A DNA stretch of 61,681 bases, filler included, from Bipalium vagum (lineage: Eukaryota), in the NCBI GenBank assembly GCA_037834085.1. It is 3 parts of 3 records of this genome, joined end to end, with 100 filler letters (N's around TTAATTAATTAA, not from the genome) between each part and the next. Parts side by side here need not be neighbours in the genome. Positions count along the whole stretch, not along the records: positions 1 to 27,320 come from JBBMKC010093691.1; 2 more parts are not named here. One strand, 5' to 3'. Position 1 is the stretch's first letter. Each line of letters begins with the position of its first letter. Shown in pieces: positions 15,081 through 27,420 of the stretch. Below the pieces are notes generated by a model that was given only the letters and a program-made list of their open reading frames with translations, ran no database searches and was not told the origin of the DNA. The translations under genes were made by a program, and so were the position numbers.

Positions 15081-16285
15081 ATTAGGTTGTTCGGAAAGTA
15101 ATTGAGTTTTTTGAAAGTATGTATTTTCTTCATATTTTAATGCAATAAAAATAATTTTTAATTATTATCGCATTATAGATTTTAATAAACGATATGTATA
15201 TATATACTATGATATATTTTTAATTTTGTTTAAATAAAACAGGTTACACATTTAAAATGAATGTAGAAAAGACCCATTTCAGACATTTGTTACTTTTTTA
15301 TTTCTAAAAAGTAAAAATGCAATTGAAGAAAGGATAAAATGGTAGAAGTTTATGGAAACAATGTTCTGTCAATTCCCCAATGCCTGTACTGGTTTCAAAA
15401 ATTTCGTTTCGAACCACTTAGTGACAGACCACTCAAGACTGATGAAGGAAAGATAATGGAATTAGTAGAAGAAGACAGACAAATTACGATACGAGAGATT
15501 GCTTAAACATTAAATTTATCAAATTCAATCGTTTATTATCATTTGAAAAGAATGGGTCTTATTTCAAGGCTGGATTTATGGATACCTCAATTTCTTAAAG
15601 AAGGGGATTTGTTGCATCCCATTGATATTTGTAACGTCAACAAATGATCCATTTTTAAAACGCCCAATAACGAGAAATGAATTTTATACAGCAATGTAAA
15701 ACATAAACGATCATGGTGTACAGATGATGAGTCTGGTCAAGTCCCAAATACTCATTAAAAGAAAGTAATGCTTTCTGTTTGGTGAGATTTTTTCGGAATA
15801 ATTTATTTTGATCTTCTACTGAACAATGCCACAATAGATTCTATAGTGTAATGCAATCGACTGGATGAATTTAATGAAGCAAAGATAGCTAGAATTTATT
15901 AAGAGAAAAGGTGTTATATTCCAGTAGTATAATTTCCGACCTCACACATGTTTGTATACTCGTCAGAAGCTGTTATAGCTTGGATGAGATGTGTTGCTCC
16001 ATCCACCATATTGACTATCTGATTAATATCTCTTTAGGTAATAACAAAATTTTTAGGTGGTTAAAATTTCAGTTCCAATGAGGAGATCAAAAATCACTTA
16101 AATCAGTTTTTCGTGCGTAAAGATGTAATCTTCTATGAACGTGAAATTCTTTAACTCTCCTAAAGATGACAAAAGGATTTGGACCAAAACAGTCAATATG
16201 TAATTGATTAAAATATATGTTTACCACAAAATAATTTGACTTTGGTTTTTATCAAAAAACGCAATTATTTTCCGAACAATCCAAT
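15081..16285 (+). mobile_element. Full-length but pseudogenised mariner element
   Basis: TIRs attaggttgttcggaaagtaattgagttttt / aaaaacgcaattattttccgaacaatccaat; transposase starts MNVEKTHFRHLLLFYF, has WIPQFL (WVPHEL variant), VMLSVW*D, RPH, LLHPPY and ends QNSQYVID*. Confidence 0.92.
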
Positions 16286-16745
16286 AAAACTCATTTAAAA
16301 ATAGATTATTATTATTCCTCGTATGATATTATTATTGTTGTAAATGAGATGAGTTTGTACGTTTTTTGATAAGTTTTATGTGATCATATATAATGTATTT
16401 ATATGTAAACGTTATTTAAACTTCATTAATAAAATATCTTTGATTTATATAAAACGAAATACTTTTATATCTTGTAAAAAATTGCTTCTTATCAATATAA
16501 ACTTTTCCTTAGCCTTCTGAAAAGAATATCTTATCTAATGAGCAGCACAACAGTTTTTGTAAGTTCTTTGGGATTAGTTATCTGTGGAAAAAAATATTAT
16601 TGAATTTTCTAAATTATTTTATGTTATTGACCATGAAGAATTACAATATCCAACTAAAGCTGATACTTAGACTAACATGATAACCTGCCTGGTATTTCAA
16701 TAGTTGTGAATTTTTCATATTGTTACGGTTTACATTGGTAAGGAA

Positions 16746-16810
16746 ATAATAATAATAACAACAATAACAATAATAATAATAATATTAATAATAATAATAA
16801 CAATAATAAA
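16746..16810. repeat. Imperfect (AAT/AAC)n microsatellite
   Basis: Mixed aat/aac triplet run. Confidence 0.8.
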
Positions 16811-18169
16811 ATAATATAAAAAAAATAATGATAATAAATTTTTTCTCAATAAAATTTATTCCCAATTAAGTTTAAGTTCGAATGGCACGTAAATTACTTT
16901 TATACCCAAATAGAGCGAAATTGATTTTTTCTTCTCTGTCTGAGTAGCAGAAGTTATTTGCAAGAGAGAAGATTCATTGCAGGTGCTACTTAGTTCTAAG
17001 ACCTATAATTGACTTGTAACAACCATAAATATAGAATCGAGGGGTTCCAATATAATTTGAGTTAGTTTTTGATTTTGAAAAAAATACTGTTTTTGGTTCT
17101 GACATAGAAAGAATTTGAATTTAATGTTAATTACGAAAATGTTATCGATATTGATATTTTTCTGTCCCAAGTAAGCTCGATAATTGATATGTTAATTTGT
17201 TTCAAGAATTTTACTAAGGCTCTTATGAAGTTTGAAGTCAGGAAAAAATTTTGTTTTTTTAACAACGATAATTGATTCCAATATTCATTGATTTTAATCT
17301 TATTATTGTTTTATTTTTATTTACTGACATTATTATTTTGTGTTGAGATCTTTTGAGTTGCTAGGAAACACTTGAGATAGACATTTGTGATTTCATAAAT
17401 ATTCATATTTTATGAATTGTTTTGAGGCATTGACTGAAGAGAATTATTATGTATTATCGAACACAACTATAAGATTCTTGGAATCAGATATTAAGTAAAA
17501 TTTAGTTATTATAAAATATTTACAAGATTATTTATGTTATTTAAATAGTTTTAGGTGTTTTTGAATGTTTTTTGACTGTGTTTATATAATTTAATATTAA
17601 CACCGGTACACAATAGTTTATAGAATAAGAATCAAACAATTATGAAGAAAATGCGTTTAAAAAGAAAATAGACCAATGGGACCAGGACTGAAATCTCAAA
17701 GAGCAATGTTATTTTAAATGTCCATATAAGACATGAAACTTCGGATTAATTTTTTTCATAAGTAAAAATATAATTATTTGTATTACTTTTAATTTCGTTT
17801 ATTTTTAATTTTACTTCAAATCCACGATTAATTATATTAGAAAGAAGTAAAAATGTTATTTTTGGCCATGTGATATATTACAAAAAATATTTTTTGTAGA
17901 AGTATTGTTTATTATTTTATAATATGAATTCTTAATATTTAATTTTCAATTTTTAACCAATTTACTATAATGAAAAGATATTTAATGTGATCGATTTTAC
18001 ACAATGAAATCGAAATATTAGGTAAATGATTTTAGTTATTAATGACTTTAGTTATTTTTGTTATAAATTCAAAAGAACAATTTATTTTAAACATCCGAAT
18101 ATATAATGCAAGTTTATATGATTTTAGAAAAGATATATTTAAATAAAAGCTTTCAGATGGTGCAATAAA

Positions 18170-18860
18170 TGAGTAGGTCAAAATTACATTTCACATATGT
18201 TTTAATATTTTTATTCGATATGTGAAAATCATTAGAGGAAGTACTTCAAATTCTCGAGGAAACATGATGATGAGATTCCATCGTTGTCAAACTGAAAATT
18301 TTTGCCTCGCAGATTTAAATCAAGCGACTTTGATTAGAATGATAAAGAGAGACAAGACCAACCAAATGAATTTGAAAAGAGTGAACTTCAGGATTTTTTG
18401 AATGACAATCCAGCTCTAAAAGAAAAATAGATGACTATGACACTAAATAAACTTAAATCAACAATTTCCAGGTGTCTGTTTGCGCTAGCAAATTTTAAAA
18501 GAAGGGAAATGGGTCCCTTATAATTTAAATGAAAGTGCTATCTGTAATCGTTTAAGTATCTTTACTTGCCAGGCAGAGAAGAGTATTTTTTGTTTCAAAT
18601 TGTTACGGGCGATAAAAATGGATATATTTGTATAATTCTGTGCGAAAGAAATCATGGTTTAATCAAGGACAGACATCACTGTCCTCCACTTAGCACAATG
18701 ATTATGATAAATTATTCTTTGTTTTATAATTGGTGGGACATGGAAGATGTCGTATACTATGAACTTTTAAAATAAAGAAAAAATTACCGAGGAGCAATAT
18801 CAAGATCAGCTAAAAAGATTATATGAAGAATTGCTTAAAACAGACCTTAAATATCAACAA
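18170..18860 (+). mobile_element. Truncated mariner transposase relic
   Basis: GKWVPYNL, FLFQIVTGDK and WWDMEDVVYYELLK motifs with frameshifts. Confidence 0.85.
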
Positions 18861-20594
18861 ATTTAAAAGTTGTTTAAAAAATCTTAAAATAGTAATCAAA
18901 TTAATAATCAATTTCAATTTTCAGTTTTATTGTATTTATTGATATCCTTTACTTAGATTTATATAAATTAACAATTTTCTTTATTAATCAGACGTCTTTA
19001 GACACTGCAGCAATAGGTAATTATATATCAATGACCATGAAATCAAAGAGAAAATGTTTAATAAAACTCTTGAGAGAAAATTTACTATTAATAATATTTG
19101 ATTAACTTTTATTTATTATTTTCACTTTTATGTTATTATTATTATTAGAGTTTTGTAAAAATGATTTATTAATCTTAAAAACCAATCTTATTGTTTTGCT
19201 ACAAAGAGAGTTATAATACACAGGGCTAGGGTTGATTTCAGAAATGGGCTGATTTTACAAACAATCTTTAATCATTATCCTTATTTTACTATCTGACGAA
19301 GACCTTCTATTGTTATTTAAATCAGCAGTTATTAAGGAGAAATAACAAATTTTTATCCGGTTGCAAAAAAAAGATTTATGTCTCTTTTGAAATAATACAA
19401 ACTCTAAAAATTGGTAAGACTAACACGATATGGTTGTTCTTATGATTTGACAATCTTTTTGGTTATATATAAATAAATAATTGATGCGAAAGAAAATATT
19501 TATATAACAAATAAAAATTATAAAAATAATTTTAAGCATTAAAAGAATAAAACCTTAAACCATAGAAAATTTTTTAACAGGTATCAATCTTCACATATCA
19601 CATTTTTAGAGAAATTTTTTATGTAAATATAAATGACTTCTTTAAAACAAAATATTTTTGAAAATTTTCTTAAATTACTTTTATGTCACTTTAAACTAGT
19701 TACCATTTTTAAAACAAATAATAATTTATATGAAATATAAAAATTATTAAATATATAAAAGCGAAAATAGAGATCTATTTAAAATATTTGTACTAAGGAA
19801 TTTACTACCCTAAAACAGAATATCGTTAAATATTTTATGAATAGTCATATGAAGGCCTGCAATAAATTAATTATATCAAAACAAAAATAATGCTTTTTAC
19901 CAGAAACTTTAAACAACGACAATATGTTTATTAATTGAACAGATAGGAATAAATGTTTCCTACAATGCCACTCCATTTAAAAAACAATTTCATGATATCA
20001 TCTTTATAAAAATTTACTGAGTTCTAATCGAATAATTCTTGAATGGAGATATTTGCAATTTCATAAGAAGCGAACTTTTCCGGCAAAAAGATATTGCAAT
20101 GTCAGAAGCAGGTTATAATAATAAAATGAAATATCTGGACTGTAAGAAAGAAAAAATAAAAGTTCACACTCAAAGTTAGTAATCTCCAGGTCGGTAGTCT
20201 TTGCGTTATGCGGCCGTGACATTATCTTGATTAATAATTACTACATTTCTACTATCTATCTTTTTGCATCTATCTTTTTTTTGAAAATCCTCGGTCATTG
20301 TTTCATTAGGTTACTGCAGAATGAACTGTATAATATACTTAGTGGATTAGTGACTACATCATATTATTATTTTTACTGTATTGAATATTTCACAGTGATT
20401 TTAGGTTTATGACAATTTGAAAGCTATTTTACGACTGGACTTGTGGTACATGATCTTCCTTTTCCTTTTCATTTTCTTTCTTGGAAATAAGCGTTTGGCA
20501 TAATTCAATTACCCTTCTTTTGTGGTCACGGTTAGTTTTAAGGCTTTTTTATTCTTATATATATTTAAAATAATTTTTTAAAATTAATTAATCC

Positions 20595-20880
20595 GAGAAA
20601 ACGTTGACAATCCATTGGCTTTTATTTTCTCCTGTTTGAATATTGATATCCGGTTGCCGCTCTTTTATTAATAACGATTCGCATATCTTCCGTTCATCGT
20701 TATTATCAAAATTATTCATAATTAGTGGAAATTCTTCAGCGTTACCTTTACCTTTTCGCACAGTACCGTTTAAAGAATAATCTAAAACTAATTGCTCTGC
20801 TCAATTGGGAATGTTCAATAATACGTCTTTGAGGTGACGCTGTGTCTTCCTATGATTAGGCTATTACACCCATGATATTT
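20595..20880 (-). mobile_element. Penelope-like element GIY-YIG endonuclease relic
   Basis: Minus-strand frameshifted peptide IG-KTQRHLK-RIIEH ... ERKICESLLIKERQPDINIQ matches the Penelope YIG.T.R.L..R..EH and E...I....P.LN motifs. Confidence 0.7.
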
Positions 20881-21412
20881 AAATTCATATATGATATTAG
20901 CTTATATTATTTTCACCCGATTAAGGTTTAAAAACAATTTCCTAATAGAAAATTTTAATTTAACACTGAAATTTAGAACATTTAAGCTACTAAAACACAT
21001 TGACAAAAAAAATGATCGATATTTTTTTAAAAATTTAATTACAAGTAATAGGTTATATATTTTAAAAATATATTTTCAGATTTTAATTAAATATATATAA
21101 TATTAAATTAGAAAAATTATACAGAAAAAGAAGAATTTAATAGAAATTTTGAAAAATTAAATGCATATTTTAATGAGTTTATTAAAATATTTCGAAATAT
21201 AATTAACATAGAACGGTCAAGTATTAATAATCAGAATTCTAATTATTTCCTTGAATCTTTTTATACATAAATTATATCGTTCATATAAGATTGCTCTTTA
21301 AACAGAATTTCATTTGCATTGTAAATCCTTGTTTTTTTATTGGACAAAATTAATATTAAATCATCGGATCGTTATTTTCAATAACAAAAGTGTTGTAAAA
21401 TAATTTAGTCTT

Positions 21413-22187
21413 ATGTTGTCAAATCTTGAGAGTTTTCATGAATATTCCGGCCCCACCTATTCTCGAACCTTATCATCCACCAGAGATTTGGAAATAACTA
21501 AGCCGCTTTTGTTAAAATCATATGTATCACAGACCTCTAATAAAACGGTAAGCGTTACATCAGAAGAACAAATTCAAATCAATGGATATAAGATTTCAAC
21601 AATGACTGACCATAAGAGTGAAGTTATCCCAATAAACCTTGTTAAGCCTCCCAGAAAAACAACTCGGAGAGAATTGTTTCTTATTTTGACATGTGTTTTT
21701 CTTTCAATTTTGGTATTAATTGTTACTATAATAATGATCAAATGTTTGACAGTTCAAAATAATACTACTTATCCTGTTATCGATAATCCAATTTTACTTT
21801 GCCTCACCGCATCCTGCCTTCGAGCAACTTCAGAAATAGCTGATATTATGGGAAACAGTATCAATCAGACCCAGTTAGCTTGTAATAATTTAGAGAAATT
21901 TGCTTGTGGAGAGTGGATTGAAAACTCAAGACTACCCCCAACCAGTATACTGTGGAATCCTTTGGAAGAAATGCGGTATACTCAATTAGAAAAATTAAGA
22001 AACATCCTTGAATCAGACTTGGGTAATTTAGAAATTACTGACTACAGATGGAAATTTCAAACTGCTTTTGAAAAATGTATTAATAGAGATTTGCAATTCT
22101 CCAGAGTTGGTTGTGGAAAATCTTACAATGTTGAAAGTGATATTGAAGAGCTTTTACAAATGCCTCAATTAAAAAGAGACTCTCTTG
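21413..22187 (+). CDS. First exon of a neprilysin/ECE-like (peptidase M13) type II membrane protein
   Basis: Cytoplasmic N-tail, single TM (LFLILTCVFLSILVLIVTIIMI), then the M13 N-terminal Cys pattern LCLTASCL...ACNNLEKFACGEWI...KLRNILE...FEKCIN; probable phase-1 donor G|GTAAAA at 22188. Catalytic exons not in this contig. Confidence 0.8.
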
Positions 22188-23009
22188 GTAAAAATTTATT
22201 AATTATAATTTTAATATATTCGATTCGTAATTAAAGGATTCATATACAATTATCAAATTTATTCAGAGTATTGAAAACATTTATTTATTAGTTTAGTTAT
22301 ACTTAAATATAACAGTTATACGTAATTTATTTTCGTAAGTTAGATAATCGATGATCAAATTCGGTTTGGTCTTGTTTTTTTTTAATTGCTTAATTATAAT
22401 TATTTTAAAGGTGAGCTAAAATAAATTTTTAAAATTTTTATTTTATGGTATTAAGTTACTAATTTTTATTTAAATAATTTATTAACAAGTTAAGAGTTCT
22501 CACCAGGTCTATAAGTATTGATTGCTACACATTTTCTAGGGTTATAATGTGAATAAGATTTTACTTTTAGAAATTTAGAGTCAATCATGTCCAGAAATAA
22601 AACATGTTCAGTACTTTTCGATCTGAAAAACAGCAATCAAATATTTAATCAAAAAAATGTTTTAAAGGCAGATATAAAAATAATTTTCAAATATTAAAAA
22701 TAAAGTTAAGCAGAACATCATATATATGTTAAAAAGAATTTGGTATTTAATATTTAAAGTTGTTTTTTTACCAACTGTGATCATTGACTTAAAAATTCTA
22801 AATAAATTGTTATGTTTGTTAAAATCAATAACTCTAGACATGAAAAGTACTATTAACATTCTCAGAAGCGATGGTTATAAAAACTAACAAAAGTTTTAAA
22901 ATTCATGACCTTCAAAATTAAAAATACCTATTTCAAACACAACCTCGTCAAACCGAATTTCAACCATAATCGATAACTATATATATATTAAATAAACAGA
23001 TATATCAAA

Positions 23010-23165
23010 TATTATGTATATATTATTTACTTTATATATTATCAAGTATAAACGAAAAACATCAGTTAAATAACCCATTAATTCATTATTATGTATATAT
23101 ATTATTTACTTTATATATTATTAAGTGTAACTGAAAAAATATCAGTTAAATAACCCATTAATTCA
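23010..23165. repeat. Imperfect ~78-bp tandem duplication
   Basis: attatgtatatattatttactttatatattat...atcagttaaataacccattaattca occurs twice. Confidence 0.8.
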
Positions 23166-23943
23166 ACTCATTAAAGTCGTCATTTATATTGGAACTTAAA
23201 AATTTTGTATGTCTATATTTCTAGATTTTACACCCTTAATTCGAAGTATTTTTATGTAAATAATATTACTATCATATACGTATATGTCTAAGTACAAATT
23301 AATTAAAATATTCTACAATTTTACCGAATTACTTTTTAGATGAAATATCTCTTTCAAATTTTATTTTTCAAATTTTAATAAATCAGAAAAAAAAAATTTT
23401 CGAATAACCATTCACTAATGAATGTCTGAATAAAAGGATCTTTATTATGACAGTGGTTCAAAAAATCGTGAAAACTTAAACAAAGAATGATATATATTTA
23501 AATATTATAAAGCTTATTTCTCAACATAGCCTACCCAGTAATCTTTGTTAAACATTTCAAAAATTTTATGTTCTTTCTTTCGTTTGTAGTAAGATATATA
23601 AAAATCTTCAAAATAGACTTTCACTGCATTGATCAAGAAATAATTCTTGTTTTAATTTCGTAGTTATCAAAAACTACAACGGAGAGTACAAATTTAAGGG
23701 ATTTCTAAATTCATTAGAACAAAATTCTGTTAAAAAATCATAACTAATTTCGATTGACGGGGTAAACCTCGAATTTTATTTCTGTAATATATTTATATAA
23801 TATATCCTTAAATATTTTAGGAGCACATTACAGGCATCTTTAATATTGGAAAATACTTAATTTTTAAGAAATTTATATCTTTGCAAAAATTCACAGATTT
23901 TATTTATCGAATGTATTTATTATCTGAACAAGAAGTTTGATTA

Positions 23944-25253
23944 ACGGGTGGCCAATAAAGAATGATAAATTGTTTAAATACATTATTTTTAAACTAAAAA
24001 GTTTAAATTTGAATTATTAATTGATTTAATTTATGCCAAGGTTTTTAATATCTTGCAAAATAAACATACGTGTTTTTTAGCAATATTTTCTTTTAGATAA
24101 TGACGTATGAGAGCTGTGTAATAAATTTGATAAAAATCATTTATAAAAATGGAAAAACACAAGAAGAAATTTATGAAGATGTAGCAAAAACAGTACCAAA
24201 GTCCACTATTTATAGATGGACTAAACTAATAAAAGAGGGGAAATCATTAATTGCTCGAAATTTCCTTGGACGTCCAAAAACCATAAGAACAGAAACATTT
24301 ATCAAAAAAATTAACAGAAACCTTACAACAAACAAAAAAAGAAATCAGCTAGAAAGTTATCTTTAGATTTCAAATGTTCAAGAGGAACTATTGGAAATAT
24401 TATACATAATGACTTGGGATTTAAGTGCTACAGGAAAATAAAAGTTTCATATCTATTTGAGTCCCAACTCAATAGACGGAAGACGTGCTCATGTTGGTTA
24501 AGAAAAAGATTTAGTAAACAGGCAGTGAATAAAATTATGTTTATTAATGAAAAATCTTTTGATGCAGATGGTCAGTTTAATCCACGCAACGACGTCGTTT
24601 ATGCTGTGTCTAGAAAAATTGCAAATTTAAAAGGTGGACTTTTTCCAAAAAGAAAATATCTTTTGAAAGTGATGGTATGGGCTGGACTGACATATCAGGG
24701 TCCGACGAGACCTGTATTCTTACCAACAAAAACATTTTTTGATACAAGATTTTATATATTAAATGTACTTCCAATCGTTGCAAAATATGGAAGGGAGCTC
24801 ATTGGAAGCGATTTCATATATCAACAGGATGGTACTAGCTATCACAGAAGCAAAGAAACGATTGCGGCATTCAAAAAGAATGGTATTTCAAAAATAGCTC
24901 CAAATCATTGGCCGCCAAATTCAGCAGATCTTAGTCCTCTTGATTATTTCTTTTGGGATGAAGTATCAAAGAGACTGAAAACAAAAAAAATTGAAAATCC
25001 TACAAAACCGATTGAAAACATTAAAGAAACAATTGCAGAAATTCCATTAAATATGATTCGCCAAACCATCGATTCATTTCTACAAAGAGTTTTGACCATA
25101 GACAGGCACAAAGGAGGTTTAATAATAAACTGTTTTAATTAAATAAATTTTGGTTTTATTCTTTATTAAATACTTTTAATTGAGTTAATTTAACATTATG
25201 CTGTCTATGCCAAACGTCATTCAAAGAATTATCATTCTTTATTGGCCACCCGT
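23944..25253 (+). mobile_element. maT (DD37D) Tc1/mariner element, nearly intact
   Basis: Perfect 25-bp TIRs ACGGGTGGCCAATAAAGAATGATAA with TA on both flanks; 37 residues between QQD and SPLD. Confidence 0.95.
24100..25142 (+). pseudogene. maT transposase pseudogene (frameshift plus first catalytic D replaced by N)
   Basis: ORFs 24100-24366 and 24414-25142 join across a poly-A frameshift near 24340; FINEKSF stands where the family has F(T/S)DEK. Confidence 0.88.
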
Positions 25254-25255
25254 TA

Positions 25256-26352
25256 TTTGCTTTTTTTCTGAACTGTGCAATCCCACTTTCATAACAATGC
25301 TTCAAATCTGATTGTCTCCTTCGTTGATTTGTTTAATTTATTAAAAATAACAATGTTGAGGATTCAAACAAGGCTCTGTTTTATCAAATGATAACTTGTT
25401 GAAATTTAATTAAAAACAAATTTTTGTTTTTTATTTCGAAAAATCCTTCACATATTTTCTGAATCTTAAATTTATAATGTATACATACAATCTACAGATT
25501 TTAGAGGTGTGTTTCTCACAAGGTTTTTTAATAAGTTGTCAATAAATGAATTCCATGACTTTGATACAAGACAGAATTTATCAAATTTTATATTGTTTCC
25601 TGTCACTTTTAATATTATAACATAAATACCTCATTATTTCTTAAAATCTATATCTGGGCATTGTTTCATTCAATAATGGACATACTCAAGATAAATCCCA
25701 CATACCTTTTATTGGCAAAGTTTTTCCTCCTATTATACCACAAGAAATAATAAGACCTATAATTTTTTTCAATTCCTCTAAAGAAAGGAACCATGTCATA
25801 TTTTGATTTACTGTTGAGCTTCACTAATTGTGCTCTTTTGAATGATTCTAAGCATTGACTCATTAAAACAATTTCAAATACTGAAAGTGGGCTATTTTAT
25901 TCACATTTCTTATGGAAAAGTGGTGGATCCAGTATTAGCCCTCAGAATATTTTGTTGTAATTTCTTTGATTTCTTTATATCACTCTCAATAGTATCATAA
26001 TCTTCATCCGAGTTTTCTTCTGAGTAGCTTACCTCAGACATGCTCTATGACATATTTTGTAATTTTTAGAGTTTTTCGGTTATTCTTGACATTTTTTCAC
26101 GCAGTATTAAACATTTTTATATTTTTATATTTAATAACATATTTTATATTTTATAATAAATTTATAAACATTTTCGTCAGTTGACGCCTCAGGTCCTTTA
26201 AGAACATATTTATATATAAAAATTTAAATGGTGGAAAAAGTTAAAAATTGGAGGAAACATTATATATGCCGAATTAGGAGAATTCATAAAATGTTTTAAA
26301 AAAATGGTGCACTATTAGACTTGAAACCGTTTTCTTCATGGTCCTCTTAGTG
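25256..26352 (-). mobile_element. Decayed piggyBac (PGBD4-like) element
   Basis: Minus-strand SPLSVFEIV..ESMLRIIQ, ETMPRYRF*EIMRYL and DKFCLVSKSWNSFIDN; terminus TTAA|CACTAAGAGGACC at 26356-26340; subterminal gcgtcaactgacg. Confidence 0.7.
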
Positions 26353-27244
26353 TTAATAATATATTTAATTAATGATCTTAATATTACCAGTAAAAATATT
26401 AACCACAAAGTTCAAATAAAAATCAAGGTACCAGAATATCATAAATATATAATTTTTATAAAAAGTAAAGTTATCATTGTTTCTATTCGATAATTTTGTT
26501 GAAATATATTTTTAAAATATATGTGAAATTTTGATTAAATTATTTATATAAATAATGCACATATACTTATATCACTTTAACAATTTTGTTTTTATTAACA
26601 GAATGGATCTAATTTTAAAATGGAGACAGAGAAAACATAAAATCAAATTCAGCATTAAAATATTGAATAATCTTAATTAATAAAATATTTTATTTCGTTA
26701 TTTTAAATATCTTGTTAAAATAACTCTCAGAATTTTGTTGAAGAACTTCAACTGTAATTAAATATAAATTAAAAAACTTGGGATACGTACTTTAACCAAA
26801 TGTAAGTAATAAAAATATCAATATCGTATATGAAAAATGTAATTATTTCTACAAATTAATAACTGAAAAATGTCAATTAAAAATTTCGAATTAAGAAAGA
26901 TCATATTGAATCGATTTTTCCCTCTTTTATAATTACTCTTAGTCAATTACAATATTGGGGCTTTTTGTTTTGTTCCCATAATATAAAAAATTGTGACTTC
27001 CTTGTGAGACTGATCTTATTAATTAAAAATGGAAAAAAAATATATAGAGGAAACCTTTTACCGAACTAGGAAAGGAATTAATTGTAAAAAAATAACGATA
27101 TCGTTATGTAATTTAAAAGAAAAAAATTAATTGACATTTGAAAGTATTACTAGATAGAACTATTAAGTGTTTATTTTATTTCATAACATCATTCCCTCTT
27201 TTTGAAAATTAAAAATGAATTTTTTACAATCAAAATCAATTAAA

Positions 27245-27320
27245 ATAATATAATATAATATAATATAATATAATATAATATAATATAATATAATATAATA
27301 TAATATAATATAATATAATA
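27245..27320. repeat. (TAATA)n microsatellite at contig end
   Basis: Perfect pentamer run abutting the gap. Confidence 0.97.
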
Positions 27321-27420
27321 NNNNNNNNNNNNNNNNNNNNNNNNNNNNNNNNNNNNNNNNNNNNTTAATTAATTAANNNNNNNNNNNNNNNNNNNNNNNN
27401 NNNNNNNNNNNNNNNNNNNN
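27321..27420. other. Artificial contig spacer (44N-TTAATTAATTAA-44N)
   Basis: 12-mer with stops in all six frames, centred in exactly 100 nt; identical to 45537-45636. Confidence 0.97.

Noticed and set aside
19290-19320. Hammerhead-like cores: CTGACGAAGACC here, and degenerate versions near 1093, 17434 and 20280-20310 (minus)
   Set aside because: None has an intact GAAA with closed stems II and III; at most decayed Penelope-associated relics.
14525-23165. Direct repeats as a CRISPR-like array
   Set aside because: Only two-copy head-to-tail duplications without spacers, in a eukaryotic context with no cas genes.
27365-27376. TTAATTAATTAA as a biological palindrome or piggyBac footprint (also 45581-45592)
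   Set aside because: It is centred in fixed-length N runs, so it is an assembly linker.
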